Part shown: positions 27,623 to 36,048 of the stretch, one piece after another
Layout: each line of letters starts with the position of its first letter
Numbering within the stretch: the stretch's first letter is position 1
Assembly: GCA_947625925.1 (NCBI GenBank)
Contig: CANQQC010000001.1
Location: 1 to 38,100, forward strand
From: an uncultured Clostridia bacterium
Lineage (GTDB): Bacteria; Bacillota; Clostridia; TANB77; CAG-508
Length of the DNA: 38,100 bases
Direction: 5' to 3'
The notes under the pieces: generated by a model
What the model was told of the DNA's origin: nothing
The model's input: only the letters and a program-made list of their open reading frames with translations
Database searches by the model: none
Translations under genes and position numbers: made by a program

Positions 27623-27960
27623 TATTTACCTTCCTTTTGTTTATTTTTAACTATAATATATTTATCACATTCTATTTTATCATTTAACACTTCTTCAATT
27701 TTTAAATTTGATATCAATTGCTCTTTTTTACTTTTTGGTAATTTCTTTATATGATATTCTAATTTTGATGCTAAAACTCTATTTTCAGTTTTCCACAAAG
27801 CCTCTAACTTTTTAGCTGTATGAGTTAGAGTGTATTTAGCACATTTTTCATCTTTAGTAAAATGTTCTTTCATTCTTCGTTCAATGTCAGTTGTTATTCC
27901 TGTGTAAATAGATTTATCTTCACATCTTAACATATAGATATAATACATATTATTTATCAT
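27622..27960 (-). CDS. GIY-YIG nuclease superfamily protein (UPF0213-like)
   Basis: [28 protein letters not shown] contains the GIY-YIG core. Its stop overlaps the mntP ATG (TAATG). The exact start is uncertain (ATG 27960 or 27948). Confidence 0.8.
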   Translation of the reverse strand: MINNMYYIYMLRCEDKSIYTGITTDIERRMKEHFTKDEKCAKYTLTHTAKKLEALWKTENRVLASKLEYHIKKLPKSKKEQLISNLKIEEVLNDKIECDKYIIVKNKQKEGK

Positions 27961-27976
27961 TCCTCATTTTAATTCT

Positions 27977-28468
27977 TTAAAATTCTTTTAACTCAGTAAA
28001 AGCAAGTCCTTTTTCTATTGCTACTCCTGCATACAGCTTTTTATTATTTTTTCCTTCATTTATGTAATGCTTAATTATATATTTTGCTGTATGTGGCATA
28101 TCCAAAGACTCTATTTCTTCATATTTGAACCATTTTAGTTCACCTTCATTACTTTTTATTTCCTTATTATTATTTTTTATTTTAGCAAAGAAATAGTAGT
28201 TTTGTCTTATTTCATCTTTTTTATATCTTAAGGTAACATATCTTAATTCAGGTTCAGAAATATCACTAATAGTCAACGATGTTTCTTCTTCAAGTTCTCG
28301 TAATATACATTTTTTAGCATCATTTAATTCATCCTTTTCAAAATGTCCTCCTGCTGTTCCAATATATGAGTTTTTTACAACTTTTGATCCAATTCTATAC
28401 AACATTAAAATATTATCATTCTCATCATATAAATAAATTGATGTCATATTTCTTAATTTTCCATCCAT
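27977..28468 (-). CDS. NUDIX hydrolase
   Basis: Nudix box GGHFEKDELNDAKKCILRELEEETSL; 163 aa. Confidence 0.85.
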   Translation of the reverse strand: MDGKLRNMTSIYLYDENDNILMLYRIGSKVVKNSYIGTAGGHFEKDELNDAKKCILRELEEETSLTISDISEPELRYVTLRYKKDEIRQNYYFFAKIKNNNKEIKSNEGELKWFKYEEIESLDMPHTAKYIIKHYINEGKNNKKLYAGVAIEKGLAFTELKEF

Positions 28469-28491
28469 TTTTTTCTCCTAATTTCTTACTA

Positions 28492-28521
28492 CAAAAAGCA
28501 CTTACTTTTAAAAGTAAATGC
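28492..28521 (-). terminator. Intrinsic terminator after asnS
   Basis: The stem gcacttactttt / aaaagtaaatgc has one U-G wobble in the RNA and is followed by UUUUUGU on the minus strand. Confidence 0.55.
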
Positions 28522-28532
28522 CCTTATTTATT

Positions 28533-29924
28533 TTAAAATTCACAGTTTTTTGGTGTTCTTGGAAATGGTATGACGTCACGTATATTTTGCATACCAGTTA
28601 AATACATCATCATTCTTTCAAATCCTAATCCAAATCCTGCATGTTTACAACTTCCAAAACGACGTAAGTCCATATACCACCAATAATCTTCTTCTTTTAA
28701 TCCAAGTTCTTTAATTCTAGTTTTTAATTTTTCTATATCTTCTTCTCTTTGGCTTCCTCCAATTAGCTCTCCAATTCCTGGCACTAATAAGTCTGTAGCT
28801 GCAACTGTTTTTCCATCATCATTTTGTTTCATATAAAATGCTTTTATTTCTTTTGGATAATCTGTAACAAATACTGGCTTTCCAAAAACTACCTCACTTA
28901 AATATCTTTCATGTTCAGTTTGAATATCAGTTCCCCATTCAACTTTATATTCAAAATTGTCATTATTTTTTTCCAGTTCTTTAATAGCATCAGTATAACT
29001 AATTCTTCCAAATTCTGAATTAACAACAAGATTTAATCTTTCTAGTAACCCAGGACTAATTAGTTTATCAAAGAATTCCATTTCCTCTGGTGCGTTTTCT
29101 AATACATATGAAATTATATATTTAATCATATCCTCTGCTAAATCCATATCATCTTCTAGATCTGCAAAACAAATTTCTGGCTCTATCATCCAAAATTCAG
29201 CAGCATGTTTTACAGTATTAGAATTTTCTGCCCTAAATGTTGGTCCAAATGTGTATACATTACGAAAAGCAAATGCATAGTTTTCTACATCTAATTGACC
29301 ACTAACAGTAAGATGTGCATTCTTTCCAAAGAAATCTTTAGAATAGTCAACTGATCCATCTTTTAAAGTTGGTACATTTTTCATGTCTAATATAGAAACA
29401 TTAAACATTTCTCCTGCCCCTTCACAGTCACTAGCTGTAATTATTGGTGTATGCACATAAACAAATCCTCTTTCTTGAAAAAATTTATGAATTGCATAAG
29501 ACAATACACTACGTACACGAAAGACTGCATTAAATGTATTTGCTCTAGGACGTAAATATGAAATTGTTCTTAAATATTCAAATGTATGTCTTTTCTTTTG
29601 AAGTGGATAATCACTATCTGAAATATCAATAATTTCAACTTTTTTTGCTTTTATTTCAAATGGTTGTTTTGCATTTTGTGTTTCTACAACATTTCCTTCT
29701 ACAACAATAGATGAACTAATACTTAACTTACATATTTCATTAAAGTTATCTAAGGTATTATCAAATACTATTTGAACATTTTTAAAAAAAGTTCCATCAT
29801 TTAATTCTATAAAACCAAAAGTCTTAGAATCTCTAACAGTTCTTACCCATCCTGAAACTTGTACTTGTTTTTCAATATATTTTTGTGTATCTTTGTACAA
29901 TTGTTTTACTAAAGTATCTTTCAT
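28533..29924 (-). CDS. asnS: Asparagine--tRNA ligase
   Basis: 463 aa class IIb synthetase: OB-fold N-terminus ([12 protein letters not shown]), motif 2 [19 protein letters not shown], and motif 3 [12 protein letters not shown]. Confidence 0.9.
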   Translation of the reverse strand: MKDTLVKQLYKDTQKYIEKQVQVSGWVRTVRDSKTFGFIELNDGTFFKNVQIVFDNTLDNFNEICKLSISSSIVVEGNVVETQNAKQPFEIKAKKVEIIDISDSDYPLQKKRHTFEYLRTISYLRPRANTFNAVFRVRSVLSYAIHKFFQERGFVYVHTPIITASDCEGAGEMFNVSILDMKNVPTLKDGSVDYSKDFFGKNAHLTVSGQLDVENYAFAFRNVYTFGPTFRAENSNTVKHAAEFWMIEPEICFADLEDDMDLAEDMIKYIISYVLENAPEEMEFFDKLISPGLLERLNLVVNSEFGRISYTDAIKELEKNNDNFEYKVEWGTDIQTEHERYLSEVVFGKPVFVTDYPKEIKAFYMKQNDDGKTVAATDLLVPGIGELIGGSQREEDIEKLKTRIKELGLKEEDYWWYMDLRRFGSCKHAGFGLGFERMMMYLTGMQNIRDVIPFPRTPKNCEF

Positions 29925-29985
29925 AAAAAAGCCTCCCTATATTATATGGTAAAATTATATTACAAAATTTGACAAAATTCAATTA

Positions 29986-30291
29986 TTATATCAATAGTTT
30001 CATTATTTTATTTTTACTTATTAGTCCTTCACTTCTTTTATATTCTTCTCCATTTTTTAATACCACTAGTGTAGGTATGTTCATTATATTATATTGTATT
30101 GCTAATTCTTCTTGCTCGGTTACATTTACTTTTAAAATTGTAATATCTTCATTTTCATTTGAAAACTCTTCTAATACCTGCTCTAATTTGTTACAAGGTC
30201 CACACCATGTAGCAAAAAAATCTATCAAAACAATATCATTACTTTCTATTTCTTTTTTAAATTGTTTTTCATCAACATGTATAATACTCAA
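29986..30291 (-). CDS. trxA: Thioredoxin
   Basis: 101 aa with the WCGPC active site. Confidence 0.9.
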   Translation of the reverse strand: MSIIHVDEKQFKKEIESNDIVLIDFFATWCGPCNKLEQVLEEFSNENEDITILKVNVTEQEELAIQYNIMNIPTLVVLKNGEEYKRSEGLISKNKIMKLLI

Positions 30292-30303
30292 AACATTTAC
30301 CTC

Positions 30304-30993
30304 CTAAAAACCTAAATAAAACATATAAAATCCTATCAATAATATTATAGTTCCCAATATATATTTTAAAATACTGCTAAATTTTCCATATTTTTCACTT
30401 TGCATTATTTTTTTTGCTGTTCCAACGCAAGTTCCAGTTATTATTACCAAAACACTATGACCTATGGAATATATTAGTAATAAAAATATACCCCAAATCA
30501 TATTTCCACTATTTGCAACCAAAGCTAATAAAACTATTAAAACTGGTGTTGAACATGGCGAAGCAAAAATTCCACCTAAAATTCCTGCTATAAATGCTCC
30601 AACAATTCCTTTTTTTGTACTTTTTGATTGAAGATTTGTTGGTTTAACAAATGTAAATATTTCAAAAGTTTGTAGAGCCATCATAATCATTATTATACCT
30701 AATAATATATACCACCAAGAACCTCCTTGTTGCATATATTTACCTAATATTGAAGCTAACGCTCCTAAAGTAGTAAAAGTTATTGCCATACCTATTGAAA
30801 AGAAAACAGATAACTTAAAAGCCTTTTTCCCACTATTTGCTTGTGTTCCACTTACACATCCTATAATTAGCGGAATAGTTGTTAAAGAACATGGCATTAT
30901 TGACGATATAATACCTGCAAATAGTGATATTAGAGGTGCAATCCAAAAATTATTTTTTATAACTTCTGACATTGTTTCAAGTATATTATTCAT
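30304..30993 (-). CDS. ccdA: Cytochrome c biogenesis protein CcdA / DsbD-type transmembrane thiol-disulfide electron transporter
   Basis: Six TM helices, with one Cys in each of the two conserved PC-type helix motifs (SIMPCSLTT and FASPCSTPV); 229 aa. Confidence 0.8.
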   Translation of the reverse strand: MNNILETMSEVIKNNFWIAPLISLFAGIISSIMPCSLTTIPLIIGCVSGTQANSGKKAFKLSVFFSIGMAITFTTLGALASILGKYMQQGGSWWYILLGIIMIMMALQTFEIFTFVKPTNLQSKSTKKGIVGAFIAGILGGIFASPCSTPVLIVLLALVANSGNMIWGIFLLLIYSIGHSVLVIITGTCVGTAKKIMQSEKYGKFSSILKYILGTIILLIGFYMFYLGF

Positions 30994-31495
30994 TTAATCC
31001 CATCTCCCTTAACATTGATTTCATATCATCTACAGTTAATGCTCCAATATGTCTTGTTAAAGTATGATTTCCATTATCATCTGTTATAAATTCTAATTGT
31101 ATATCCTCGGCGTTTTCAGGAGCATAAGGTGTTCCGTCACTATTTATAAATATTTGTATTGGTATTAATTCAACAGGATAGCCATCTGCTAATTGTGGAT
31201 ATTCCCAAACATCTATAAATCTCACTATTGCCTTTCCTTTAGTTTCTTCATAAACTTGTTTTAAATCTGGCTCCATTTGTTTACAAGGCATACAATCTTC
31301 AGATCCAAAATCTATTATAATTGGTAACTTACTTTCCTTTAATTTTTCTATATTAAAATCACTTGTAATTTCCATTGCTTCATTTTTAATTTCTTCAAGT
31401 TCTTGGTTTGATTTATCATTTTTTAAAAACCATATCCCTACAATTATCAATATAATTGCTATTATAATTATTATTGAAGAAATTTTATTTTCCAT
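30986..31495 (-). CDS. Membrane-anchored thioredoxin-like (TlpA/ResA-type) thiol-disulfide oxidoreductase
   Basis: N-terminal TM anchor, then a Trx fold with a CMPC active site (DFGSEDCMPCKQM). It overlaps ccdA by 8 nt. Confidence 0.75.
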   Translation of the reverse strand: MENKISSIIIIIAIILIIVGIWFLKNDKSNQELEEIKNEAMEITSDFNIEKLKESKLPIIIDFGSEDCMPCKQMEPDLKQVYEETKGKAIVRFIDVWEYPQLADGYPVELIPIQIFINSDGTPYAPENAEDIQLEFITDDNGNHTLTRHIGALTVDDMKSMLREMGLNE

Positions 31496-31601
31496 TGTCT
31501 TTCCTTCTTTCCTTTGTTTTTATTATTATATCATAAGTTCTAATTTTAAATCATCATAATTTATCAAAAGATTATATAAATTATTATGAATTAAGTGATA
31601 C

Positions 31602-31648
31602 TAAAAAATAAACTCATATATCAATAGATTTGATTATGAGTTTATTTT
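31602..31648 (-). terminator. Intrinsic terminator after the TSCPD gene
   Basis: The stem ataaactcata (31607..31617) / tatgagtttat (31634..31644) is extended by an inner atcaa/ttgat pairing. U runs lie on both sides. Confidence 0.6.
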
Positions 31649-31662
31649 TAATCTTTTACATT

Positions 31663-31938
31663 TTATTGATTTTTATTTTTTGATTCTTCATAAGCTTTTC
31701 TTACAGCCTTTGCTAATTGATCTGCACATGATGTTCCTCTTCCTGCACAATCAATTCCTCCTATTTTTTCTTCAATTTCTTCTACTGTTAATCCTTCAAC
31801 TAATCTTGGAAGAGCTTGTAAATTTCCAGGGCATCCTCCTTCAAAATGTACATTTGTTACTACATTTCCTTTTAAAGTAAAAGTAATTACTGTAGAACAA
31901 GTTCCTTCTGTTTCATAAACATATTCCATTTCTTTCAC
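31663..31938 (-). CDS. Stand-alone TSCPD-domain mini-protein (TIGR03905-like, 4 conserved Cys)
   Basis: 91 aa. GTCSTVITF...FEGGCPGNLQAL...CAGRGTSCADQLAKA matches my recollection of the TSCPD/TIGR03905 pattern. Confidence 0.7.
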   Translation of the reverse strand: MKEMEYVYETEGTCSTVITFTLKGNVVTNVHFEGGCPGNLQALPRLVEGLTVEEIEEKIGGIDCAGRGTSCADQLAKAVRKAYEESKNKNQ

Positions 31939-31967
31939 CTCTTTATATATTGTTTCATTTTTTTATA

Positions 31968-32528
31968 CTAATAATCAAATATTTTTTCTAAAACATTTTT
32001 TAGTCTAACAAAAATAGGCTGATTTTTATCAACTCCATATATACAACTTTCATAAACACTTGTATAATACCATTTTTGTTTGTCTTTATTTCTTTTTAAT
32101 GCTCCCCATGCTTTTTCTTCTCCATATAGTTCAATACAATCTGATAAATCTTCTAGATTACTTATTTTATCACATGCAATAATCAATTTAGATCCTATTG
32201 GTGCATTTTTTGTATGTTCTATTGTGTGTTTTTTTCTATCTTCCCATTCCAAAGATTTATCTGGTTCAGATGCATCATAAACATATTTCATGATTTCTTC
32301 TCCAAATTCATTTTTTATATCTTCAAAGGTATGGTCAGTATCTTCTACTACATCATGTAAAATTCCAGCTGCTACAATATTATCATCACATCCATTTCTT
32401 TGTAAAATCATTCCAACTGTATATGGATGGAAAATCATATCTATGTCCTCTATTTTTCTTCTTTGATCTTTGTGTGCTTTTGTTGCGTAATAAATAGCAT
32501 ATTCAATTTTATCTTTTCCTCTATACAT
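31968..32528 (-). CDS. HD-domain hydrolase, RelA/SpoT hydrolase-like (possible small alarmone hydrolase)
   Basis: The HD motif context AGILHDVVEDT, with upstream HP...GM, resembles (p)ppGpp hydrolase domains. The start is placed at MYRGKDK (ATG 32528, 10 nt after AAGGAGG). Confidence 0.65.
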   Translation of the reverse strand: MYRGKDKIEYAIYYATKAHKDQRRKIEDIDMIFHPYTVGMILQRNGCDDNIVAAGILHDVVEDTDHTFEDIKNEFGEEIMKYVYDASEPDKSLEWEDRKKHTIEHTKNAPIGSKLIIACDKISNLEDLSDCIELYGEEKAWGALKRNKDKQKWYYTSVYESCIYGVDKNQPIFVRLKNVLEKIFDY

Positions 32529-32632
32529 AATATAGTAGCCTCCTTGTAAATCATTATACATCACAACTCTTTTATTGTAAACATTATTTTCTTATGATAT
32601 AACAAAATCTCTCCTGTATATGTGTTTTCTTT

Positions 32633-33493
32633 TTAATTCCAATCATCAATTATTTCTTTTTCTATTTTTAAATTTCCATAACCAATACCTATTTTTATTT
32701 CTTTTCTTTTTTCTCCGTGACAGTCAGTACCTCCAGACATTAGTAAATTATTTTCTTTACAATATTTTTTTAGAGTAGAACTTTGCTCTTTTGTAAAACT
32801 TGAATGATATACTTCAACTCCATCAATTATTTTATTGTTCTTTAATGTATCTAAAAATCCAATTGTATCTTCTAAATTATATCTATATGGATGAGCAACA
32901 AATAGTTTTCCATATGCTTGTCTAACTTTTTTTGCAACAATATCTGCAGTTGGATAATTACAACTAAAATCTACATATACTGGAAATTTCTTATCTGTTA
33001 CACAACGTTCAAAGAAAACATTTATATTGTCCCATTCTTCTTGTTTAAAATACTTTTTATTTTCTTCATATTTTTTTATTTCAGGATATATAATATCTAT
33101 TGGCCATCCTTTTTCTTTTTCGTATTTTATATCTCCTATTTTTATATTATTTCTTTTGCAACTACTAATCATTTGGTTGAATTCAATATCTAATTTTGGT
33201 TTTCTATTTTCATATTTTTCACAAACCCAGTCTTTTATCTTTTTATAGTCTATTCCATATGCTAATAGATGGAAAAAGATACCATCATAAACTGTACTAA
33301 ATTCTATACCAGGAATAATTTTTCCTTTGAATATTTTTTTATAGTTTATTTGTTCTAATTCTTCCAATCCTCTTATCGTATCATGATCTGTTATTGCCAA
33401 TACTTCAATCTTAGCTTTTTGAGCTTCCTCCAAAAGTTTTCTTACATCCCATGTACCATCCGAATAACTAGTATGTGTATGTAAATCTATCAT
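32633..33493 (-). CDS. PHP-domain phosphoesterase (TrpH/YciV-like)
   Basis: N-terminus MIDLHTHTSYSDG...LAITDHDT, and C-terminal GGTDCHG metal ligands; 286 aa. Confidence 0.8.
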   Translation of the reverse strand: MIDLHTHTSYSDGTWDVRKLLEEAQKAKIEVLAITDHDTIRGLEELEQINYKKIFKGKIIPGIEFSTVYDGIFFHLLAYGIDYKKIKDWVCEKYENRKPKLDIEFNQMISSCKRNNIKIGDIKYEKEKGWPIDIIYPEIKKYEENKKYFKQEEWDNINVFFERCVTDKKFPVYVDFSCNYPTADIVAKKVRQAYGKLFVAHPYRYNLEDTIGFLDTLKNNKIIDGVEVYHSSFTKEQSSTLKKYCKENNLLMSGGTDCHGEKRKEIKIGIGYGNLKIEKEIIDDWN

Positions 33494-33517
33494 TCTAATT
33501 TAACTCCTTTATTTAAT

Positions 33518-33546
33518 CGAAAAAACCTTACTTTTCGTAAGGTTAA
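33518..33546 (-). terminator. Intrinsic terminator after sigH
   Basis: The stem aaccttac (33524..33531) / gtaaggtt (33537..33544) is followed on the minus strand by UUUUUU. Confidence 0.65.
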
Positions 33547-33549
33547 TTT

Positions 33550-34191
33550 CTATTCATTAAACATATTCTTTATTGCTTTCTTTCTTATTCTTTGAATTGC
33601 ATTGTCCACAGATTTTACAGGAGCATCTAATTTTTTAGCAATTACTACATAACTTTCCCCTTTTATAAATCTATCTAAAACCTGCTTTTCAAATTTACTT
33701 AACGATTTATCAATAGATGTATGTATTTCTTGATAGTATTCTCTTTTCATTATTGTTTCTAATGGATCTTCTATCAAATGACTATCAAATGTATCTATTA
33801 ACTCAACACTTTCTTCATCATTATCATATGCTGATGTATTTAAAGATAAATATGAATTTAATGGTATATGTTTTTGTCTATTTGATGATTTTATTGCTGT
33901 TATCAATTGTCTTTCTATACATATATTAGCAAAAGTCTTAAATGCACTTTGCTTTTCTTGGTCAAAACTTTTTATCGCCTTAAATAACCCTATCATACCT
34001 TCTTGCAAAATGTCGTCCTTCTCTCCACCGACCATGAAAAATTTACTAACTTTAATATTTACTAATTCTTTGTATTTATTTAGTAAGTACGTTAGTGCTT
34101 GTTCGTCACCTTGTTTTATATATGAAATTACCTCTTCGTCCGTTTTATTATTATATTTATTTGTAAAGTAGTATATTTCTTCTTTTTGCAT
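33550..34191 (-). CDS. sigH: RNA polymerase sigma factor SigH (early sporulation/transition state)
   Basis: Region 2 DDILQEGMIGLFKAIKSFD...FKTFANICIERQLITAIK is diagnostic of SigH-type sigma-70 factors. The start is placed at MQKEE (ATG 34191, 10 nt after GGAGGT). Confidence 0.85.
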   Translation of the reverse strand: MQKEEIYYFTNKYNNKTDEEVISYIKQGDEQALTYLLNKYKELVNIKVSKFFMVGGEKDDILQEGMIGLFKAIKSFDQEKQSAFKTFANICIERQLITAIKSSNRQKHIPLNSYLSLNTSAYDNDEESVELIDTFDSHLIEDPLETIMKREYYQEIHTSIDKSLSKFEKQVLDRFIKGESYVVIAKKLDAPVKSVDNAIQRIRKKAIKNMFNE

Positions 34192-34265
34192 GTATTTAAG
34201 TACCTCCAAAGGTTATCTGCACCAATTATATATCTCTATTGCAGTAATGTCAATATCTTACGCGA

Positions 34266-35942
34266 TTATTTGTTGATTTCTGTATCAATTATTTTCCATA
34301 TACTATTATCTTCCATATCTTTTTGCCATTCAGCAACTCCGCCTAAGTTATATTCAGGTATTAAAGATATTTTTTCTTTTATAGATTCTACATCTTCTAT
34401 CCACATTTTCATTGTTGTATTTCCATTTATATATTCAATATAGTTTTGTTTTAAATCATTATCCCATTGTTTTTCTACACCATTTGGTAAAATTCTTTCA
34501 ACATCTTTCATATTTACAACTGTGCTAGTTGCCTTTCCATCAGATCCTTCTGCCCATAATCTTGTATAAAACGGAATTGCAAGTAAAATCTTGTCTGATT
34601 TAATTTCTTCAGTTTTTAATAATTTTTCTAGACTTAATTTTACCCAATTATATCCTGCTGTTGTTCCAGCTTTTGTGCTTGAAATTCCATATTGGTCATA
34701 TGCCATAAATACAATGTAATCGGCCACATCACCTATAACATTTCTATCAAAGCACATTGACCATGTTTCTCCACCATCAGGAGCTGTAACATCAACAGAA
34801 ACCACATCTCCTATTTCCTTTATTCTAGGAGTTAGTTCTATTATAAATCTAGAATATAAATCAATATCTTCTTGTTTCATATTTTCAAAATCTATATTTA
34901 TTCCATCTAAGTTGTTTTCAACACAAGCCCTTTCTATACTTTCAATTAGTTCTTTTCTTTTTTGATAATCATTCATAACTTGTGATGTTACATCTATCAT
35001 ATTTTCCCCTGTATTTTGAACCATTGGCCATACTTTATATCCATTATCATGTGCCCACTTAATATATTTTTTTCCTTCATTTCCTATGTTTTCTTTTAAG
35101 TTGCCTTCTTCATCCAAATAAAAGAAGCTAGGTGAGACTACATTAATACCTTCAAAACTTGATCCACTTCTATCAGGTGCAGTAGAATACATAGAAAAAT
35201 AATCCCAAAACATATTTACTTTATTTTCAATTTGTTTTTTTGGTTCTTCAGCTTGTCTTATTATTTTTTCATTTTCTAAATTCTTAGATTTTACATATCC
35301 AAGTTTTCCATCTTCAGTTCTAATTAAAGTTTTATTATTCTTTGTTTCATTAACCTTTATTACATTAGATCCTTTTTTAGCTTTTGCTACAGTTTTTCCT
35401 ATTATTCCTGAAGATGATTTTACTAATACATTGTTTTTTAATGTACATTGTTTTTGTTCTCTATCTGTTGAATCTATAGTAACAACTTTTGTTTTATCAT
35501 GATATTCAATATCTATACCATATACATCTTTCATTTCTGAAATAGGTAAATACTTTTCTCCATCATCTCCGACTCTTGCATGTGCTTTTGTTGATTGTGT
35601 TTTACCATTTATTTCAATTTCATTATCATCAAATCCAATTTCAGCAATTTTTTCATCATATGTTGTAACAATTAGGTTGTCTACTTCATAAATATGTTTA
35701 TCAAAAAAGTTTTGAATGTCCAATTTTGATAAATAAATAACATCATCTTTTATTACTACATCATTTTTCATATTAGATGTTATATTTCTATTATTTATTA
35801 TTAAATTGATTTTTTTATTTTTATCAAAAATTATATAATTACTTAAAATAAAAATTAGTATAACTACAACTAAAATTATTAAAATATTTCTTATAATTTT
35901 AAATGATTTATTATTACTACTTGCTCTTTTTCCTCTTTTCAT
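34266..35942 (-). CDS. Membrane-anchored glycoside hydrolase family 18 protein (YdhD/YaaH-like peptidoglycan/chitin hydrolase)
   Basis: N-terminal TM helix, then stalk and SH3-like segments. Has the GH18 catalytic motif LDGINIDFE; 558 aa. Confidence 0.75.
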   Translation of the reverse strand: MKRGKRASSNNKSFKIIRNILIILVVVILIFILSNYIIFDKNKKINLIINNRNITSNMKNDVVIKDDVIYLSKLDIQNFFDKHIYEVDNLIVTTYDEKIAEIGFDDNEIEINGKTQSTKAHARVGDDGEKYLPISEMKDVYGIDIEYHDKTKVVTIDSTDREQKQCTLKNNVLVKSSSGIIGKTVAKAKKGSNVIKVNETKNNKTLIRTEDGKLGYVKSKNLENEKIIRQAEEPKKQIENKVNMFWDYFSMYSTAPDRSGSSFEGINVVSPSFFYLDEEGNLKENIGNEGKKYIKWAHDNGYKVWPMVQNTGENMIDVTSQVMNDYQKRKELIESIERACVENNLDGINIDFENMKQEDIDLYSRFIIELTPRIKEIGDVVSVDVTAPDGGETWSMCFDRNVIGDVADYIVFMAYDQYGISSTKAGTTAGYNWVKLSLEKLLKTEEIKSDKILLAIPFYTRLWAEGSDGKATSTVVNMKDVERILPNGVEKQWDNDLKQNYIEYINGNTTMKMWIEDVESIKEKISLIPEYNLGGVAEWQKDMEDNSIWKIIDTEINK

Positions 35943-36011
35943 GTTTTTCTCCTTTTAACTTCATATAGTCTTATTTTATATGAACTTCAAAAATAAAGCA
36001 ACATAAAAACA

Positions 36012-36040
36012 TAAAAAAATCACTTTAAAAAAGTGATTTT
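36012..36040 (-). terminator. Intrinsic terminator after the Zn/Cd ATPase gene
   Basis: The stem aaatcactt (36017..36025) / aagtgattt (36031..36039) is followed on the minus strand by UUUUUUU. Confidence 0.65.
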
Positions 36041-36048
36041 AATTTTAA

